The position numbers were made by a program, and so were the translations under genes. A stretch of DNA of 64,000 nucleotides from the human T2T-CHM13v2.0 reference genome, Homo sapiens: the NCBI RefSeq assembly GCF_009914755.1, contig NC_060942.1, one strand, 5' to 3'. This document shows, in pieces, positions 44,948 to 58,499 of this stretch (positions are counted from its first letter, which is position 1; each line of letters opens with the position of its first letter). Below the pieces are notes generated by a model that saw only the letters and a list, made by a program, of their open reading frames with translations, searched no databases and was not told the DNA's origin.

Positions 44948-46218
44948 CTTTTTGGCCTTCTTAATAGCTGCCCTGGAGTTTGCAATATACGTTCACAACT
45001 AATTAAAGTCCACTTTCAAATAACACTATACCACTTCACAGGTACCTTATAATAGTATAATAGTACAAATACCTTATAATAACCAAATATTTTAATTCCT
45101 CCCTCCCACTCTTTGTATCATTGCTATAATTTATTTCAATTTATACATATGCTATAATCACTGAATACATTGTTACTTTTATTATATTGAACAAACTATT
45201 ATTTGTTATATCAATTTAAAATTTTAAGAAAGGGGTTTCTTTCCTTTATTCTTTTTCTATTACTTTTTTTTAAACATAAATGCCTATTTATGACATATAT
45301 AATTTTCCTTCTCTCTGAAAAACTTCTTTTAACACTTTTTGCTGGTATGTCTACTGGCAACAAATTCCCTTAGTTTTTGTTTGACTGAGAAAGTCTTTAT
45401 ATCTTCTTTATTTTTAAAAGATATTTTCACAGGACATAAAATTCTAGATTGGTATTTTTTTTTCTCTCAGTACTTTAAATATTTCACTCCACTTTATTTT
45501 CACTTGCATGATTTCTAAGAAGTCAGATGTAATTCTTACCTTTATTCCTCTATAGGTAAGATATTTTTTCTTTTAATTTTTGACTTTTCTATAATTTGTA
45601 TATAATATGCCTATGTATACACATTCATCCTGCTTGGTGTTCTCCAGACTTCTTGGATCTGTGGTTTGGTGTCTGGCATTAATTTGAGGAAATTCTCAGT
45701 CATTATTGTTTCAAATATTCTCTCTTTCCTTCTTTCTTTTTTTTTCCTCTCATTTCTCTTTTCCTTTCTTTCTTTCTCTCTCTCCTTCTCCTTCCTTCCT
45801 TCCTTGTTTTTATACACATTATACCTATGTTATGCCTTTTTTTGTCCAACACTTATTTTGGGGTTCCATTTTTTTCAGCTTTTCTTTTATCTTTGCTTTT
45901 CAGTTTTGGAAGTTTCTACTGATATATCTATATATCTACACATAGATATATTCTCAAGCTCAGAAATGCTGTATATATAGACATATTCTTTACATGTAGA
46001 CATACTCTCAAGCTCAGAGATTCTTTTATCAGCTGTGTCCAATTTACTAATAAGCTCATCAAAGGCATTCTTCACCTATGTTACAATGTCTTTTTTTTAA
46101 TTACTCATTTTCTTTTTGATTCTTTCTTAGAACTTAATCTTTCTTCTTACATTACCCATATGTTTTTACACATTGTCTACTTTTTTCATTTAAGCCCTTA
46201 GCATATTAATCATAATTG

Positions 46219-46840
46219 TGTTACCGGAAAAGGGTCCTGATCCAGAACCCAAGAGGGGTCTCTTGGACCTCACACAAGAAAGAATTCAGGCTGAGTCCAT
46301 AAAGTGAAAGCAAGTTTAATAAGAAAATAAAGGAATAAAATAATGGCTATTCCATAGGCAGAACAGCAATGTGGGCTGTTAGAGTAATTATAGTTATTTC
46401 TTGATTATATGCTAAATGAGGGGTAGATTATTCATGAGTTTTCCAGGAAAGGGGTAGGCAATTTGTGGAACTGAGGGTTTCACCCCCCTTTAGACCATAT
46501 AGAGTAACTTCCTGATGTTGCCATGGCATTTGTAAACTGTCATGAAACTGGCAGGACAGTCTTTTAGCATGCTAATGCATTATGACTGGCAAATAATAAG
46601 CAGTGAGGATGACCAGAGGTCACTTTTATCACCATCTTGATTTTGGTGGGTTTTGGTCGGCTTCTTTACCGCGACCTGTTTTAGCATCAAGGTCTTTGTG
46701 ACCTGTATCTCGTGCCGACCTCCTGTCTCATCGTGTGACTAAAAATGCCTAACCCATTGGGAATGCAGCCCATAAGTCTCAGCCTTATTTTACCCAGCCC
46801 CATTCAAGATGGAGTCTCTCTGTTTCGAATGCCTCTGGCA
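46219..46840 (-). mobile_element. MER41B-like solo LTR
   Basis: Reverse complement starts tgccagaggcattcgaaacagagagactccatcttgaat..ggctgggtaaaataaggctgagac; TSD attg/gttg. Confidence 0.88.
46441..46449. promoter_or_regulatory. GAS/STAT motif TTCCAGGAA in MER41
   Basis: Matches TTCN3GAA at the position of the MER41 GAS site; the second site is degraded (tttgtggaa). Confidence 0.5.
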
Positions 46841-47375
46841 GTTGTTTTAAATTTCCAGTCTGATAATTTCAATATCCCTGACATATTTGAGTCTGGTTCT
46901 TGATGCTTGCTCTATCCCTTCAAACTAGGTGTTGTGCTTTTAGTATCTCTTGTGATGTTTTCTTGAAAGTTGGAAATGATGTACTCCTGTAAGTAGGTCT
47001 TTGGTGATATGGTAGTAAGGTGAAGGGGGAAGGGGAATATTCTGTAGTCCAATGACTAGGTGTCAGTCTTGTAGTAAGCCTGTGCCCCTGTGCTTTTGCT
47101 ATGACAGGATAGCTGGAGATGGCTAGTATTGGTTATGTCCCTTCCCCTAGGTCAGTTAGGCTCTGATAAAACCCCAATGGGCTGGACTTTCATAAAATAA
47201 TTTCTTTCTTTTTTTTGGTAGGCCTTGTTAAAAATAATAGAATGCTTTAGTGTGTTTCTGAATGTATACTTTTTCTCTTCTCCTGTCAGAACTACGAAGG
47301 AATTTCTCTCTGATATTCACTGTGAGGACCTGGTAGTGCTCCAGGAAGTAAAACTCATGGAAGTGTGAGGGCCCC

Positions 47376-47937
47376 TGTGATGGCTAATTTTATGTGCCAG
47401 ATTGACTGGGCCATTGGGTGCCCACATATTTGGTTGCATATTGTTTGGGGTGTGTTTGGTTGCATATTGTTTGGGGTGTGTCTGTGAGAGTGTTTCTGGA
47501 TAAAATTAACATTTGAATCAGCAGACTATGCAGAGCAAATTGCCTCCCCGACTCCCTCCTGTGAGTGGCCCTCACCTAATCAGCTGAAGACCTGAATAGA
47601 ACAAAAACACTGATTAAGAGGGAACTTCTCCTTCCTGACTTCTTGAGCTGGAACATCAGTCTTCTTCTGCCTTTAGTCCTGAACTGAAAGCTTGGCTCTT
47701 CTTGGTCCTCATACCTGTGGGCTCAAACTGGAACTTACCCCATTGGCTTTCCTGGTTCTCAAGCTTTCAGACTCAGACTAGAACTACACCATTTGCTCTC
47801 CTGAGTCTCCGGTTTGCAGACTGCAGATCTTGGGACTTCTCAGTCTCCATAATCATGCGTGTCCGTTCTTATATTAAATGTATTTATATATGTACATCCT
47901 GTCAGTTCTGTTTCTCTGGAGAACCCAGGTTAACACA
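47376..47937 (+). mobile_element. MLT2 (MLT2D-like) LTR with internal tandem duplication
   Basis: tgtgatggctaattttatgtg...ctggagaaccc; tttggttgcatattgtttggggtgtg occurs twice. Confidence 0.85.
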
Positions 47938-48274
47938 GCACTGTCCTGGAGTTTTTAACTCTCAGTCTTGTCTATAATGAACCTGTAGCAGTTCATCAAT
48001 TACAGCCCAAGATTTCCCACACCAGTACTGGCTCCCAAGGAGACTTCTGCCTGTGAGTGTCTGTTTCAGTAAGTTATAATTTTCGATATTCACGTGTCTG
48101 TCTTCCAAATTTGAGGGCAGTGATTTGCACTGTGACTTCAGTTCTCTGACAGATCTAAGAATTATTGATTTTGTAATGTTTGTTCAGCTTTTTACTTGTT
48201 AGGACAAAATGGTGACTTCCAAGCCCCTCACATGCTAGACCAGCAACCAAAAGACTTCCGTGTCTGTTTTTCAA

Positions 48275-48740
48275 TAGATTTTTTATTTTGGAATACTTTT
48301 TGATTTACAGTAAAGTTGCAAAGACAGTACAGAGTTCCCACATACCTATCACCCAGTTTCAGTTCCCCCTACTATTATTATCTTGCATGAATGTGGTACA
48401 TTTATCAAAACTAAGAAACTAACATTAATTCTTTACTATTAACTAAACTCCAGGTTTTATTCCTGATTTCACCAGTTTTACCCAATAATGTATTTTTTTC
48501 CTGTGCCAGAATTTCACATTTTATTTCGTTATTATGTTCCTTAATCTCCTCCAGTCTATGATAGTTTCTCAAGACTTTCCTTGTTTTTCATGACCTCGAT
48601 GGTTGTGAGGAAGAATTGTCAGGTATTTTGTAAACTGGCCCGTGCTTTGTGCTTGTCTTTTGTCTTTGTTTGTTTTCCTTGAAAAGAATATTGCAGATGT
48701 GCAAAGTCTTATTACATCATATCTGGGGTACTACATTAAT
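48275..48740 (-). mobile_element. L1MD/MC 3' fragment
   Basis: tttacagtaaagttgcaaagacagtacagagttccca. Confidence 0.7.
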
Positions 48741-49047
48741 TTGTTGCTATGCATCTGCATGTTTTTTATCTTCATTGAGGACAGGTCCCTATGTTAAATT
48801 AACCATATTTGTATCTCCTTAGCAGGCAGAGCAATGCCTGAAAAGTATTAAGTATCCAGTGATGTATTTTGCACCAACCTAATAACACATTATTCAGCTG
48901 TCTCTCTTGCTTGACAAGAAGCCTCTTTAAACTGGAGACTATGTCTTGTTTATTTGTTCCCTTATCTCCTCAGCCTTAAGCTCAGTGCTTAGTGTAAATA
49001 AATACTAAATGAATATTTTCAATTTTATGTTAAACTCATTTTTGTAG

Positions 49048-49248
49048 CTATTTTCAAGGACCTGTTCCATTTAATGTGTTCACACGGAGAAAGTAGTTGG
49101 CAAGTCAAAGACTCCTATGCTTTAGCTGATAAGTGGTTGTTTTTTGTGGGAAGTACAAATGAGCCACAAATTAATGCTCTTTTCTGTTTATGTATATCAG
49201 TCCAACTTGATATTTGTGTAACAAATACTTACAAAGTTCTTATTTAAG
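49048..49248 (+). pseudogene. Pseudo-exon (RGS helices 4-6)
   Basis: Acceptor catttttgtag; open frame DLFHLMCSH...LADKWLFFVGSTNEPQINA. Confidence 0.45.
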
Positions 49249-50255
49249 CCCTGTCTCTTAATAGTGCCCTCAGGGTCTGTACTAAGAATTCTTATTCATT
49301 AGCTATTAATTTCTTTACTAGCAGACAATCTGAGTGTTCCTGGCTTAAGCTGAACTTGGCCTAGCAATTTATGATGGGGGGAGCTAAAATCATAATAGTG
49401 AAGGTGATACAGAAGGACTCCAAATTAAAGAATTGATCAAGATAAATAGGGTTGGCTTGTAGAACAAGGCACAGTCTAAATGCTTTCAATGGAGGAATAT
49501 TTAAGTAAATTATGAAAAATACATATAATGAGCTATTGAACAATCATTAACATTTTTGTTTAAAAATATTTAATGGCTTCTTTAAGTTTTGGTTTTTAAT
49601 CAGATGCATAATATCTACCAAAAAAGTTAACACAGACATGTAAAAGTAGAACGTAAAGAATGCCCCAAATTCAACCCACTCTTTTCTCTGTTTGTGTAAT
49701 CTTTAAGAGACAGACAAGCTGATGTAGTGGCAGAAGAAAGGAATAGACAGAATGAGAATATACTGGTTTCAACAATATTGTTTTGTAGCATTTCATTTTT
49801 TGTGTGAGTGATCCACACATTTTTGGATATTGAGTTTTCTCCAAATAATAGATTTTGTTGAAAGTTTAGATGTTTCACAATTTTCAGTCTTAAAAAAGTA
49901 TAAAACACAATAGTTAAAATCAATTTAAGTTAAAAAAAGTAAAATAAGGTAGCAAGATATTTTTTAAGTGACTAAAATATTTAATCATTTTGATCAGTTT
50001 AATATTCTATTTAATACCATAAATTATGAATATCAAAAATCAATGCTTATGGTTCAATATTTTGATTTTAATGTTGGCTCTTTCAATATTTAACATATTA
50101 AAAATATCTTATAGTGGGCCAACATTTACACTAGTTAAAAGAACAAGGACTAGGTGTATTTATTTTCAATTCATGATGAGTGTCATTAAATTATTTTTTG
50201 TTTCCCCTTTTGCAATTGATTCCTTAAGGTCTTTTCTCTGTATTGTTTTATTTTA

Positions 50256-50646
50256 TAATATTTTCACTTACCTATGACTACCATAAGGTTCTGTAAACAA
50301 ATAATACTATACTAATACTAATACTAATAATCATTTAGTAGGGTATTTACTAAATGCAAAATACTGGACTTACGGTTTTACAACAACACCTGACATAATC
50401 TCTACAATAGTTATTTAGGTGTTATCTATACAATTTTGCTGATGAGAATAATATATTCACTTATGACTATCATAAGGTTCTGTGAACAAATAGTAGTATA
50501 CTAATACTACTACTAATAAATCACCATTTAGTATGGTACTTACTAAATGCAAAGGACTGGGCTAATGGTTTTACAACAATAGCTGACATAATCTATGCAA
50601 TGATTACCTGGTCTGGGTATTGTCTGTACCATTTTGCTGATGAGAA
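50256..50646 (+). repeat. Tandem duplication of about 190 bp (50256-50448 and 50449-50646)
   Basis: Shared cataaggttctgt, tactaaatgcaaa, ggttttacaacaa, ctgacataatct, attttgctgatgagaa. Confidence 0.92.
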
Positions 50647-51119
50647 AATTGATAGGATAGACTTTCCAAAGGTCAGATCGTAAATGACAGAGGAATTAAA
50701 ACTGAGGTCTTTAGTTCTACATAGCCCCAGGCTTTTTCACAAGGCTCTCTATACTGACTCCCAAAACGTCTTATTGGAAATGCTTTTTCTGGCTATTATG
50801 TCATCTGTTGGGGAAGCCATGTGTCTCAATGTAGTGTGCTATAGATGGTGAATCTAGCTCATGCTTATTTTACCTCTTTCCCATATTTCATCCATTATCT
50901 CAACTTTTTATGCTGCTAAGACATCATAATATAGCATATAAACATCGTTCTGGGGATACACAGATCAAGTGAGGCTCCACTATTTAGTAGTACTTGCTTA
51001 ATAATTTTCACCCTCAAATTCCTACTCTACTACTTTCATAGCTTACATTTCTGAAGACTAAATAAGAAAGGACTCATATGAAGCACCTCACACAGACTTG
51101 ACACACACTTGTTGAGTAC

Positions 51120-51940
51120 TGCCATAGTTTCCTTCTGTTGCTGTAACAAATTATCACAAACTTAGTGCTTTAAAACAACAGAAATGAAAACCTTACCTTT
51201 CTGGAGGTCAGAAGACCAATGTGGATTTCATAGGAGATAAAATCAAGATGTTGGTGTTGCAGAACTTTTCCTTAGCTCAGCTAAAGACGGGGTGCTTGTC
51301 TGTCCCACAGACACGAAAATTTCGGCTCGTAGATGGTTTAAAGGGTGAGTAAAGTCGGGTTTTATTGGGTGAAAAGGGAAAAAAAGGGGGGGAACAGGGA
51401 TCCTCTGCAAGGCTAGAGTCCCGTGCTCGAGCGCTTCCCACCCGCAGCTTGAATCCCAGATTCCACACAGGAAGAGAAGGGGCCAGGCTCCCCTCTGCAA
51501 AGGGCACGAACTTCCCAGGGCTCTACCCCAGTGGGCAGGCTGCTTGGAGTTTTTCTGGGGACCCCCTCCCACCTGGCTGTCTCATCGGTAAGCTCTGTTC
51601 CTTCCGGAGGCTGTAGAGGGCTGTCTGTTCCTTGATTTTTCCAGCCTGATTTTCCCTGGGCTTGCGGGCTCTTTCTGCAATGACATTGCTCAAGTTCTGC
51701 TTTCATCAAAGCATCTCCTGCTCAGCCTCTTTGTGTCTCTTTTTTCCCTATAAGTACCCTTGTGATTACACTGGTTCGCTCATATAACTCAACCTACACC
51801 TCAAGATCCTTAATTTAATCGCATATACAAAATCTTCATATACATATATATGTGTGTGTGTATTTTACTTTTTGCCATGTACGGGAACATAGTCACAGGT
51901 TTTGGTAATTAAGGTGTGACTAACTACTTTGGGGACCAGC
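51120..51940 (-). mobile_element. MLT1 MaLR LTR split by MER61
   Basis: gctgtaacaaattatcacaaacttagtgc...tcaagatccttaatttaatc. Confidence 0.75.
51255..51584 (-). mobile_element. MER61-like solo LTR
   Basis: Reverse complement starts tgagacagccaggtgggagggggtccccagaaaaactcc; TSD ttgg/tcgg. Confidence 0.8.
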
Positions 51941-52004
51941 CACAGTTCTCCTTTTCTCTTCCTCCTAAAGTTCAAGTCAGATGTCATCCTTTTCCATTTT
52001 CAAA

Positions 52005-52007
<3 letters not shown>

Positions 52008-52046
<39 letters not shown>
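52008..52046. repeat. (CA)n microsatellite, about 19 units
   Basis: Perfect dinucleotide run. Confidence 0.98.
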
Positions 52047-52048
<2 letters not shown>

Positions 52049-52479
52049 TGGCTATGTAGCATCTGCATATAAACCTCAAAACATTTTAGCATAATATTTG
52101 AGACCTTCTGTGATTCAGTCCATCCATTCTTTCCTAACTCAACTCTTGATTTTCCCACCCACGATTTCCAGCTTTTCTTCTACCTATATTAGCCTGCATG
52201 CTGTTCTCTCAACACCAGCTACCAAGCTCTTGCTTATATTGTTTCCTGAGGCCAGAATTTATCCCTCTCCCCCTGGCCCCACCAACATATATGGCTCAAC
52301 ATTTCCCTTTCTAAAGAAACCTTTTCTGTTGACTCTAGCTGAAAAGAATCACTCACTCCTCAGCATGACACAAGTCTTTTCCCACTCTATTCCTACACTT
52401 ATTTCATTCTCCTTGGCATAATATGTGTTTCCTGGGCCACTATTGCCTTGGGGAAAAAAATCCTACCTTTACCTTTCAG

Positions 52480-53079
52480 TAAGACAGCCACAAGACTGTT
52501 CATATGGTTCTCTTCCTATTGCAATTTCAGCATCTGCAAGCCCTTTGAAAACTTCTCCCCTGTATTTCTGGAAAACCTATAAGGCTGTCTAATGTCTGTT
52601 CATTTAAACAGTGTCTACCATCCGTGTAGAATCTACCATTTTCTTTCTCACATTAGCTCTTCAGATCTCTTGTATTGAGATTTCTGAAGATGGTGCAAAG
52701 GACCTATGGATATTCCAAAGCAATATACCAAATCCCCTGTCAATGCTGCTCTAGGTATCCTCTCCCTTTTTTTTTTTTTTTTTTTTTTTGCTACTGTAAT
52801 AAAATTTTTCAATATCCTTCATTGGCAAAGCCTGTCCACCTTTGTTGTACACTCTCTCTGAAAGCAATACTACCTAAACTTCTCACCTCTGATTCTTGAA
52901 AATTCGGGTACCTCATCAAGAATTTGGTACTCTAGCTCTTTCAGTTTTTGTAACAGTTCCTCTGGTCCTACGATTGGTCACACATTCATAAGAAATGGGT
53001 TGTATGATCATCTGAATGATCATCCTTGATCTGTGCTCAAAATAATTTGATCCTCAGGCTTTGTTTTCAGATCAATCCG
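52480..53079 (+). pseudogene. Pseudo-exon with RGS-like motifs
   Basis: Acceptor tttacctttcag; SPLYFWKTY, CRIYHFLS, L*QFLWSYDWSHIHKKW; donor ccg|gtatgt. Confidence 0.5.
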
Positions 53080-53442
53080 GTATGTTGCAACCCTTTTTTC
53101 CCCTGAGATTTCAGTTATTTTGCTTAATGATTTTCAGTCACACATGCAGCTAGATTCCCAGTAGACTTCCTCTCTAGTCTTTGTTATACCCAAACATACA
53201 TGCATATTGGGGTGCTACCTGTCTGAGGTTACTTTATGACCCATTTTATTATTCTATTCTGATTTATTGTGTATGTGTCTTTCTGCTTGTTATTACAAAA
53301 GGTCTTTGAGAGCAGGGCATAGTTTTGGCGTCCACCAAGCATTCTTTGTGTCATGTGTTACTCAAACTAGGGGCTAGATAAGTCATTTTTGAATGAATAT
53401 AATTGGGCCATTTGTAACATAGAAACTTTTCTCCCCATGCAG

Positions 53443-53660
53443 CTAATATAAGGGTTAACTTCATTGTTGAAGGAGCACAAATAAAGCCTACAACAAATTC
53501 AGATAGGCAGCAGATCCTGGAACTCCATCAAAATGTTTCAGGATGTTTATGCAAATCTGCCATTTTCTCTATGCATACACAGGCACACTTAGAGTTGATG
53601 TCCCCTGCGAGAACTGGCATTCATCAAGATTTCTAAGCCATTACTTTTTCTATGGACCCT
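53443..53660 (+). pseudogene. Pseudo-exon (RGS helices 5-9)
   Basis: Acceptor ttttctccccatgcag; ANIRVNFIVEGAQIKPTTNSDRQQILE...IFSMHTQAHLELM/SRFLS. Confidence 0.65.
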
Positions 53661-54891
53661 AGCTGATGCTTCCTTCAAAAAATGTGAAAGGCCTGCTAAT
53701 TTCTTCTAATGAAAAGGCAACAGAGGCACGGAATTTGGAATCAGAAAGGTCATTCGATAGACCATATGAGGGGGTCAAAGCAATAGTACCTAAATAAGTA
53801 CCCCTAAAATAAGAATGTGAAAACACATTCACCAAGTAATCATTTTCTACTAATAATCCATAATAAATATGGATATTTAACTCCCACTGCAAATGAATTT
53901 TAAAATTTAGCAGTCGTCTATTTTGAATTTATTGTACTCTTTTCCAACATGACTGATAAAAATAGTAAATGACAATATAGTTTATAGCAAATTCTTTTTA
54001 TTTTATTATTGCATCTCCTGAGGATGTGAAAGAAAACAAACAAACAAAAAAACATGGCTAGGGATTTGTGAGAAGGACCAGAAGACAGAGCTTAACAGTG
54101 GCATTAAAGTGCCAGAAACCTGAAGACAAGCAGAGGAAGGGAATGATGATTCCGATTTCAGAGGCCCAGCACCAGAGCACAGAGTGGGTTATTATTAAGC
54201 ATAAGACACCCATCCTCTAATTGGGGCTTCTATAAACACAACACTGGAAGGTGAGATGTAAGATAATATTAGATTAGGGGATATAGGGATGCACTGTGTC
54301 AAAACTAGAACCACACTACACTCACTCCCCAACATGGAAACTGTAAGAGGTTAACTGCTACAATTCAGTTTATTTATCAGAGAATCACTCAGCAGAGCAA
54401 AACTTTATCCAATAAAATATTATCAATCTATCTCAACCAAGTCTTCTTCTGCATACAATGATCACAGGCACATACTTTGGGGTGGGGCTAGAAGACCCTA
54501 CCTTAACCTCCAGTGAATGTTTGCTTAGTAGATGTGATATGTATCCTTTCTCTTGCTGCAGACTGCCTGGGTTTTCACTGGAGATTGGATCCCATAGGAG
54601 GGCTTTGGTGTAGGTGAGGTTCAGGTCCTGGCCAGAGGGCTGACTTTTTCTTGTTGGAAAGGTAGATGTACAGCATGTAGCCTATAATTGAGACAACTGT
54701 CTTCAAACTATTAAAAACTCAGGGTTTTTATTCTTGATGGACCCTAATGTGCTTGTACTACTTTTGCTAGTGCACATGCTGACTCACTCTCACCCTATGG
54801 TGATAGGTTTATGTTTATGCAACATGATGTGTTGATCCAGAGATGTATTGGTCTTCACTGGGCAGCTCTATGTGTTGGTCTTGATAGAGTC

Positions 54892-55324
54892 TATATTAGT
54901 TTCCTGCAACTGTTGCGAGAAATCACCATAAATACACGTCTTAAAACTACAGAAATGCATTTCTGTCACAGTTTTGGAATTTCAAAATCAACATGTGGCA
55001 AGACTATGCTCCCTCTGAAAGCTCTAGAAAAAAATCCCTCCTTGCCCCTTTAGTGGTGGTGCTCCTGGCAATCATTGGCACTCCTTGGCTTGTAGATGTC
55101 TCACTCGAATCTCTTCCTCCATCTTCACATGCTCTTCTTCCCTCTGTGTGTCCCTTCTGTTTCATGTAAGGACACGCGCTATTGGTTTCAGGGTTTACCC
55201 TAATTCAGTGTCTCATCTTGATCCCTAATTAATTACATGTGCAAAGATCCTATTTCCAAATAAGGTCACATTTGAGTTTCTGAGTTGACATGAATTTTGA
55301 GGAGACACTATTTAACTCACTTCA
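54892..55324 (-). mobile_element. MLT1B/C-like LTR
   Basis: ctccttggcttgtagatg; ctatttccaaataaggtcacatt. Confidence 0.8.
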
Positions 55325-55439
55325 GCGTACTATGGCCAGAACTGGGACCTAGAATCCAGCTAAAACACTGGGCAAACAGGCATTTCAATATACCCAGAGC
55401 CCACAGCATAAGCAACCCACTATTAGCCCAAAGGGCTTC

Positions 55440-55533
55440 TTGGTGAGAGAATGCCCTCCATCATGATACTACTGCCATCTGCAGGAAAGTGGACAGATCT
55501 AGGCGGTCTACACATGGAATGGTTCTCTTAGAG
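55440..55533 (+). pseudogene. Possible pseudo-exon (RGS helices 2-4)
   Basis: ENALHHD/YYCHLQESGQI*AVYTW; strong donor gag|gtaagt. Confidence 0.35.
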
Positions 55534-57269
55534 GTAAGTGGCCTACGTTCTTTGCCATCACATGTAGCATCTATGTCTTCAGAACATTCACTTACTTCTC
55601 TGGACCCCACCCTTGCTGTGTCCCCTCCCTGGGAATCTGCAGCGACATTTGGGAAGAGAAAATGTTGCAAAAGACTGAAGTTTTTGTGAGTGAGGCAGAT
55701 GAGATTTCAGACTATCAAGATTAGGGGAGTTGCAAAATATATGACTATATTTTTACTCCTCAACTATTTGGAATGTGAAATGAAGAATCTTTAAGGTATA
55801 AATGTTTTGGATAAATCCACCTTTTATCTAAACAACTGCAAGGGAAATTTAAAATGATCACATTCGGCAAATAATTTACACGGACACTTTAGGCAGGGGT
55901 AAGGGGTGCCTGAATTGTTTGGATAATAGCCTTATTTCTCCTTTTAAGCTTTGTGGAAGGAAATTTTTTGACATGTTTCATCCTGGAAGTCACTCAATTT
56001 CTCAGTGTTTCTTTTATGCAACTGCTCAAGAAAGACTTGGGGAAGCTCAGGAAGCAGGTGGTTTGGAGGTAGAAACGTTACATATTTTGTTTGTTCTAAT
56101 TATTTGCTTGCGGCATATGGAGAGAGAGAGTCAATTAGGCAGCTAGGATACCGACCACCAAGATCTTTATAGATTCAGACTTGCACTTGCATCCTGATGG
56201 GACACAAAACAGGAAGCTATTTGTTTAAGGGATCCTAACATTTTAACTGCCACCACATCTAGCCCCCTCTAGAATGAAAAGCAAGAGCTGTTTAATCGCC
56301 CACAGCATCTCTAAACAACAATTAAGAACAGGAAGTGAGAGGCACTGAGTCCAATTCAAACTCCAAAGGCAATAATTAATGAGAAGCAAGGGGCGCTGCT
56401 GATTATTGTAATTTCTTTTGGTTCTGATGACTAACATTCGTAGATTGGATATTCACTGTGCATTTCATTATTTATGTCAATGCATAGTGTTGATACACTA
56501 AATATGTAGGATCAAGATTGTAAAGTTTTATGCGGTAGAAAATAATATGGATGACTAGTTTATAATCAGTAAGTTGTAGTTTCCTATGAAACATTGACAG
56601 AATTAAGTAGAAATAATTTACTTGAATAAAAAAGAACATAATTGGTGAGCAACAGGATGCTGGCAGAGAATTTGTGAAAGCTCTTTTTCACTGAAATCTG
56701 AAGTGTTCATTTGCATAGTGAAGTCATGTTGAGAGTTGCATGTGTTCCGCCAAACATGGAGGGCTGTCAGTGGTTCAGGACTCTCCACCATGAACATTTG
56801 TCTATGTGTTCAGACCCTCTTGGGTCTAAGCAGAAACTAAGAGGTCCTGGCCCAGCTCTCATAACCTATTTGTTTGTGTAGACTTGACCAGGGTTTTGGT
56901 ACCAGAAAATCTGTCTATAGCACCAACATCATTAGAGACATGGAACATGTACTTTCAGCAAGTGGCATGTAACACCTCACATACTGAAGGGTTATGATTC
57001 TGCTTTACAGCTTATGTATGGAAAATTTTAAAAATCTCAAGCAACATGTTCCTGCTACTCAGACTTTTGAGCTGCAGATTCAGCAACCGCTCAGAGAGTG
57101 TTTGGGGGGTTACAAACCAATAGATTAATCCAAAGGGTAGAGGAAAATTGAGATGATATATGTTTTTTGAACCCCAAGCTTGCGTTGGTTTTGGGGTTGA
57201 AGCAGATGCTTTGAGTGCCTGGCCGTATTTCCAGGAACCACCCAACTCGCAGCACTCGCGACTCTTGGC

Positions 57270-57648
57270 CTGGGACCTTGCTCTCATGCCTGCATGCCCC
57301 ATGCACATGGCAGGTCAACAAGCGAGGATGTAGATCCACTACCTTCACCCTGGCAGCTCTCAACCAGTGACTTGACAGGAGCTGGGAGATGAACACTCTG
57401 TAATCCTGCCCTGGGGTAACTTCCAGATGCTTGTCCTTACCGGTTCTTTGAGCTCTCCAGTGGGATTGAGCTTCCGTTGCCCACAGTGGCTATTTAGCTG
57501 ATATTACAAACTTTGTTGTCGTTCTTCTTTCCCCCGTCTCCCTTCCCTGCTCCTTCCTCAGAGCTCTGTGGAATTACCTCCTGGCGTAAACGACTTGCAC
57601 TTGAATGCTCATCTCAGACTGTGCTTCTGGGGAGCCCAGTCGCAGACG
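57270..57648 (+). mobile_element. ERVL LTR16-like fragment
   Basis: acttgcacttgaatgctcatctcagactgtgcttctggggagccc 3' end. Confidence 0.65.
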
Positions 57649-58499
57649 TATTTTCCCTTTTCCCTTGCCAGGTTCCTAAAGCTAGTTAACTACGAATGGA
57701 AGCAACACCCGGTAGTGTGTCCTGGGAGCCTGCTGTGTGCCTCGACTGTGTTAGGAGCTGCACGTAGAGTGTTTCTGACCCTCAGAAGTACTCTACGATG
57801 AAACTCAGGAGTCAAGTTCTCAGCACACATCCTTAGCCAATCTCCTTGCATTTCACTTGCCCATATTAAATATTTATATGAGGTGTATTTTGAACAACAA
57901 CAAGCAACATGAATGCACCAGTTAGCGGGACTTTCTCCTCTGTCATCAAAAGTCTGTGCCCAGGCAGAAATGGGGCTGTCTGTGTAAGGCTCACTTGAGG
58001 CCCCAAGTCATTCACTAAAGAGGCAGTTAGGAATCAGAGAGAGCAGGAAACCTCCGGCAAGGCTGGTTCATTAGTGCCTCTGCTGATTAATCAAGACCTG
58101 GCTGCCACTTTGTTAAATGCCCGGAGGTGGAGTTGGAGGCAATCAGCCCTGTGGAAGCTGCTTGATTGCTTCTCGAAGTGGCAGTTTGCTTTTGGACACT
58201 GGACTTGTTCTTGTCAGATCTGAATTGTGACCTTCAGTAAGAACAATGACCCTGCCTCCAAGTGCGGAGTCTATGGGCATACTATATAAGAGTCTGTTAT
58301 ACAGCCAGTCACACGTGAAGAAATAGCCGCAAAATCCCTGAGTGCAATTATATTTTGGTTTCATAAATGCAGCCCAATTATTGCATTTGTCTTCCTTTTG
58401 TATTTAGCTTGAAACAGCCACTCCCACTAAATGTGCCAAATGCTTTATTTTTGTCTCCATTTTTAGAGAGTACATCAGGAAAATGAAGTGAGCTCCCCC

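Larger units (their letters stand above)
38970..48260 (-). mobile_element. Near full-length old L1 (L1MC-like) carrying nested insertions
   Basis: L1MC 3' UTR, antisense ORF2 and ORF1 peptides (FETIMTENFLKL, NAFDELISKLDTA) and 5' region. Confidence 0.85.

Noticed and set aside
48866-48884. Isolated MADE1 half repeat (ttttgcaccaacctaata)
   Set aside because: Only one arm, so it cannot form the hairpin
51255-51584. p53 response element in the MER61-like LTR
   Set aside because: No paired RRRCWWGYYY half-sites visible in this copy
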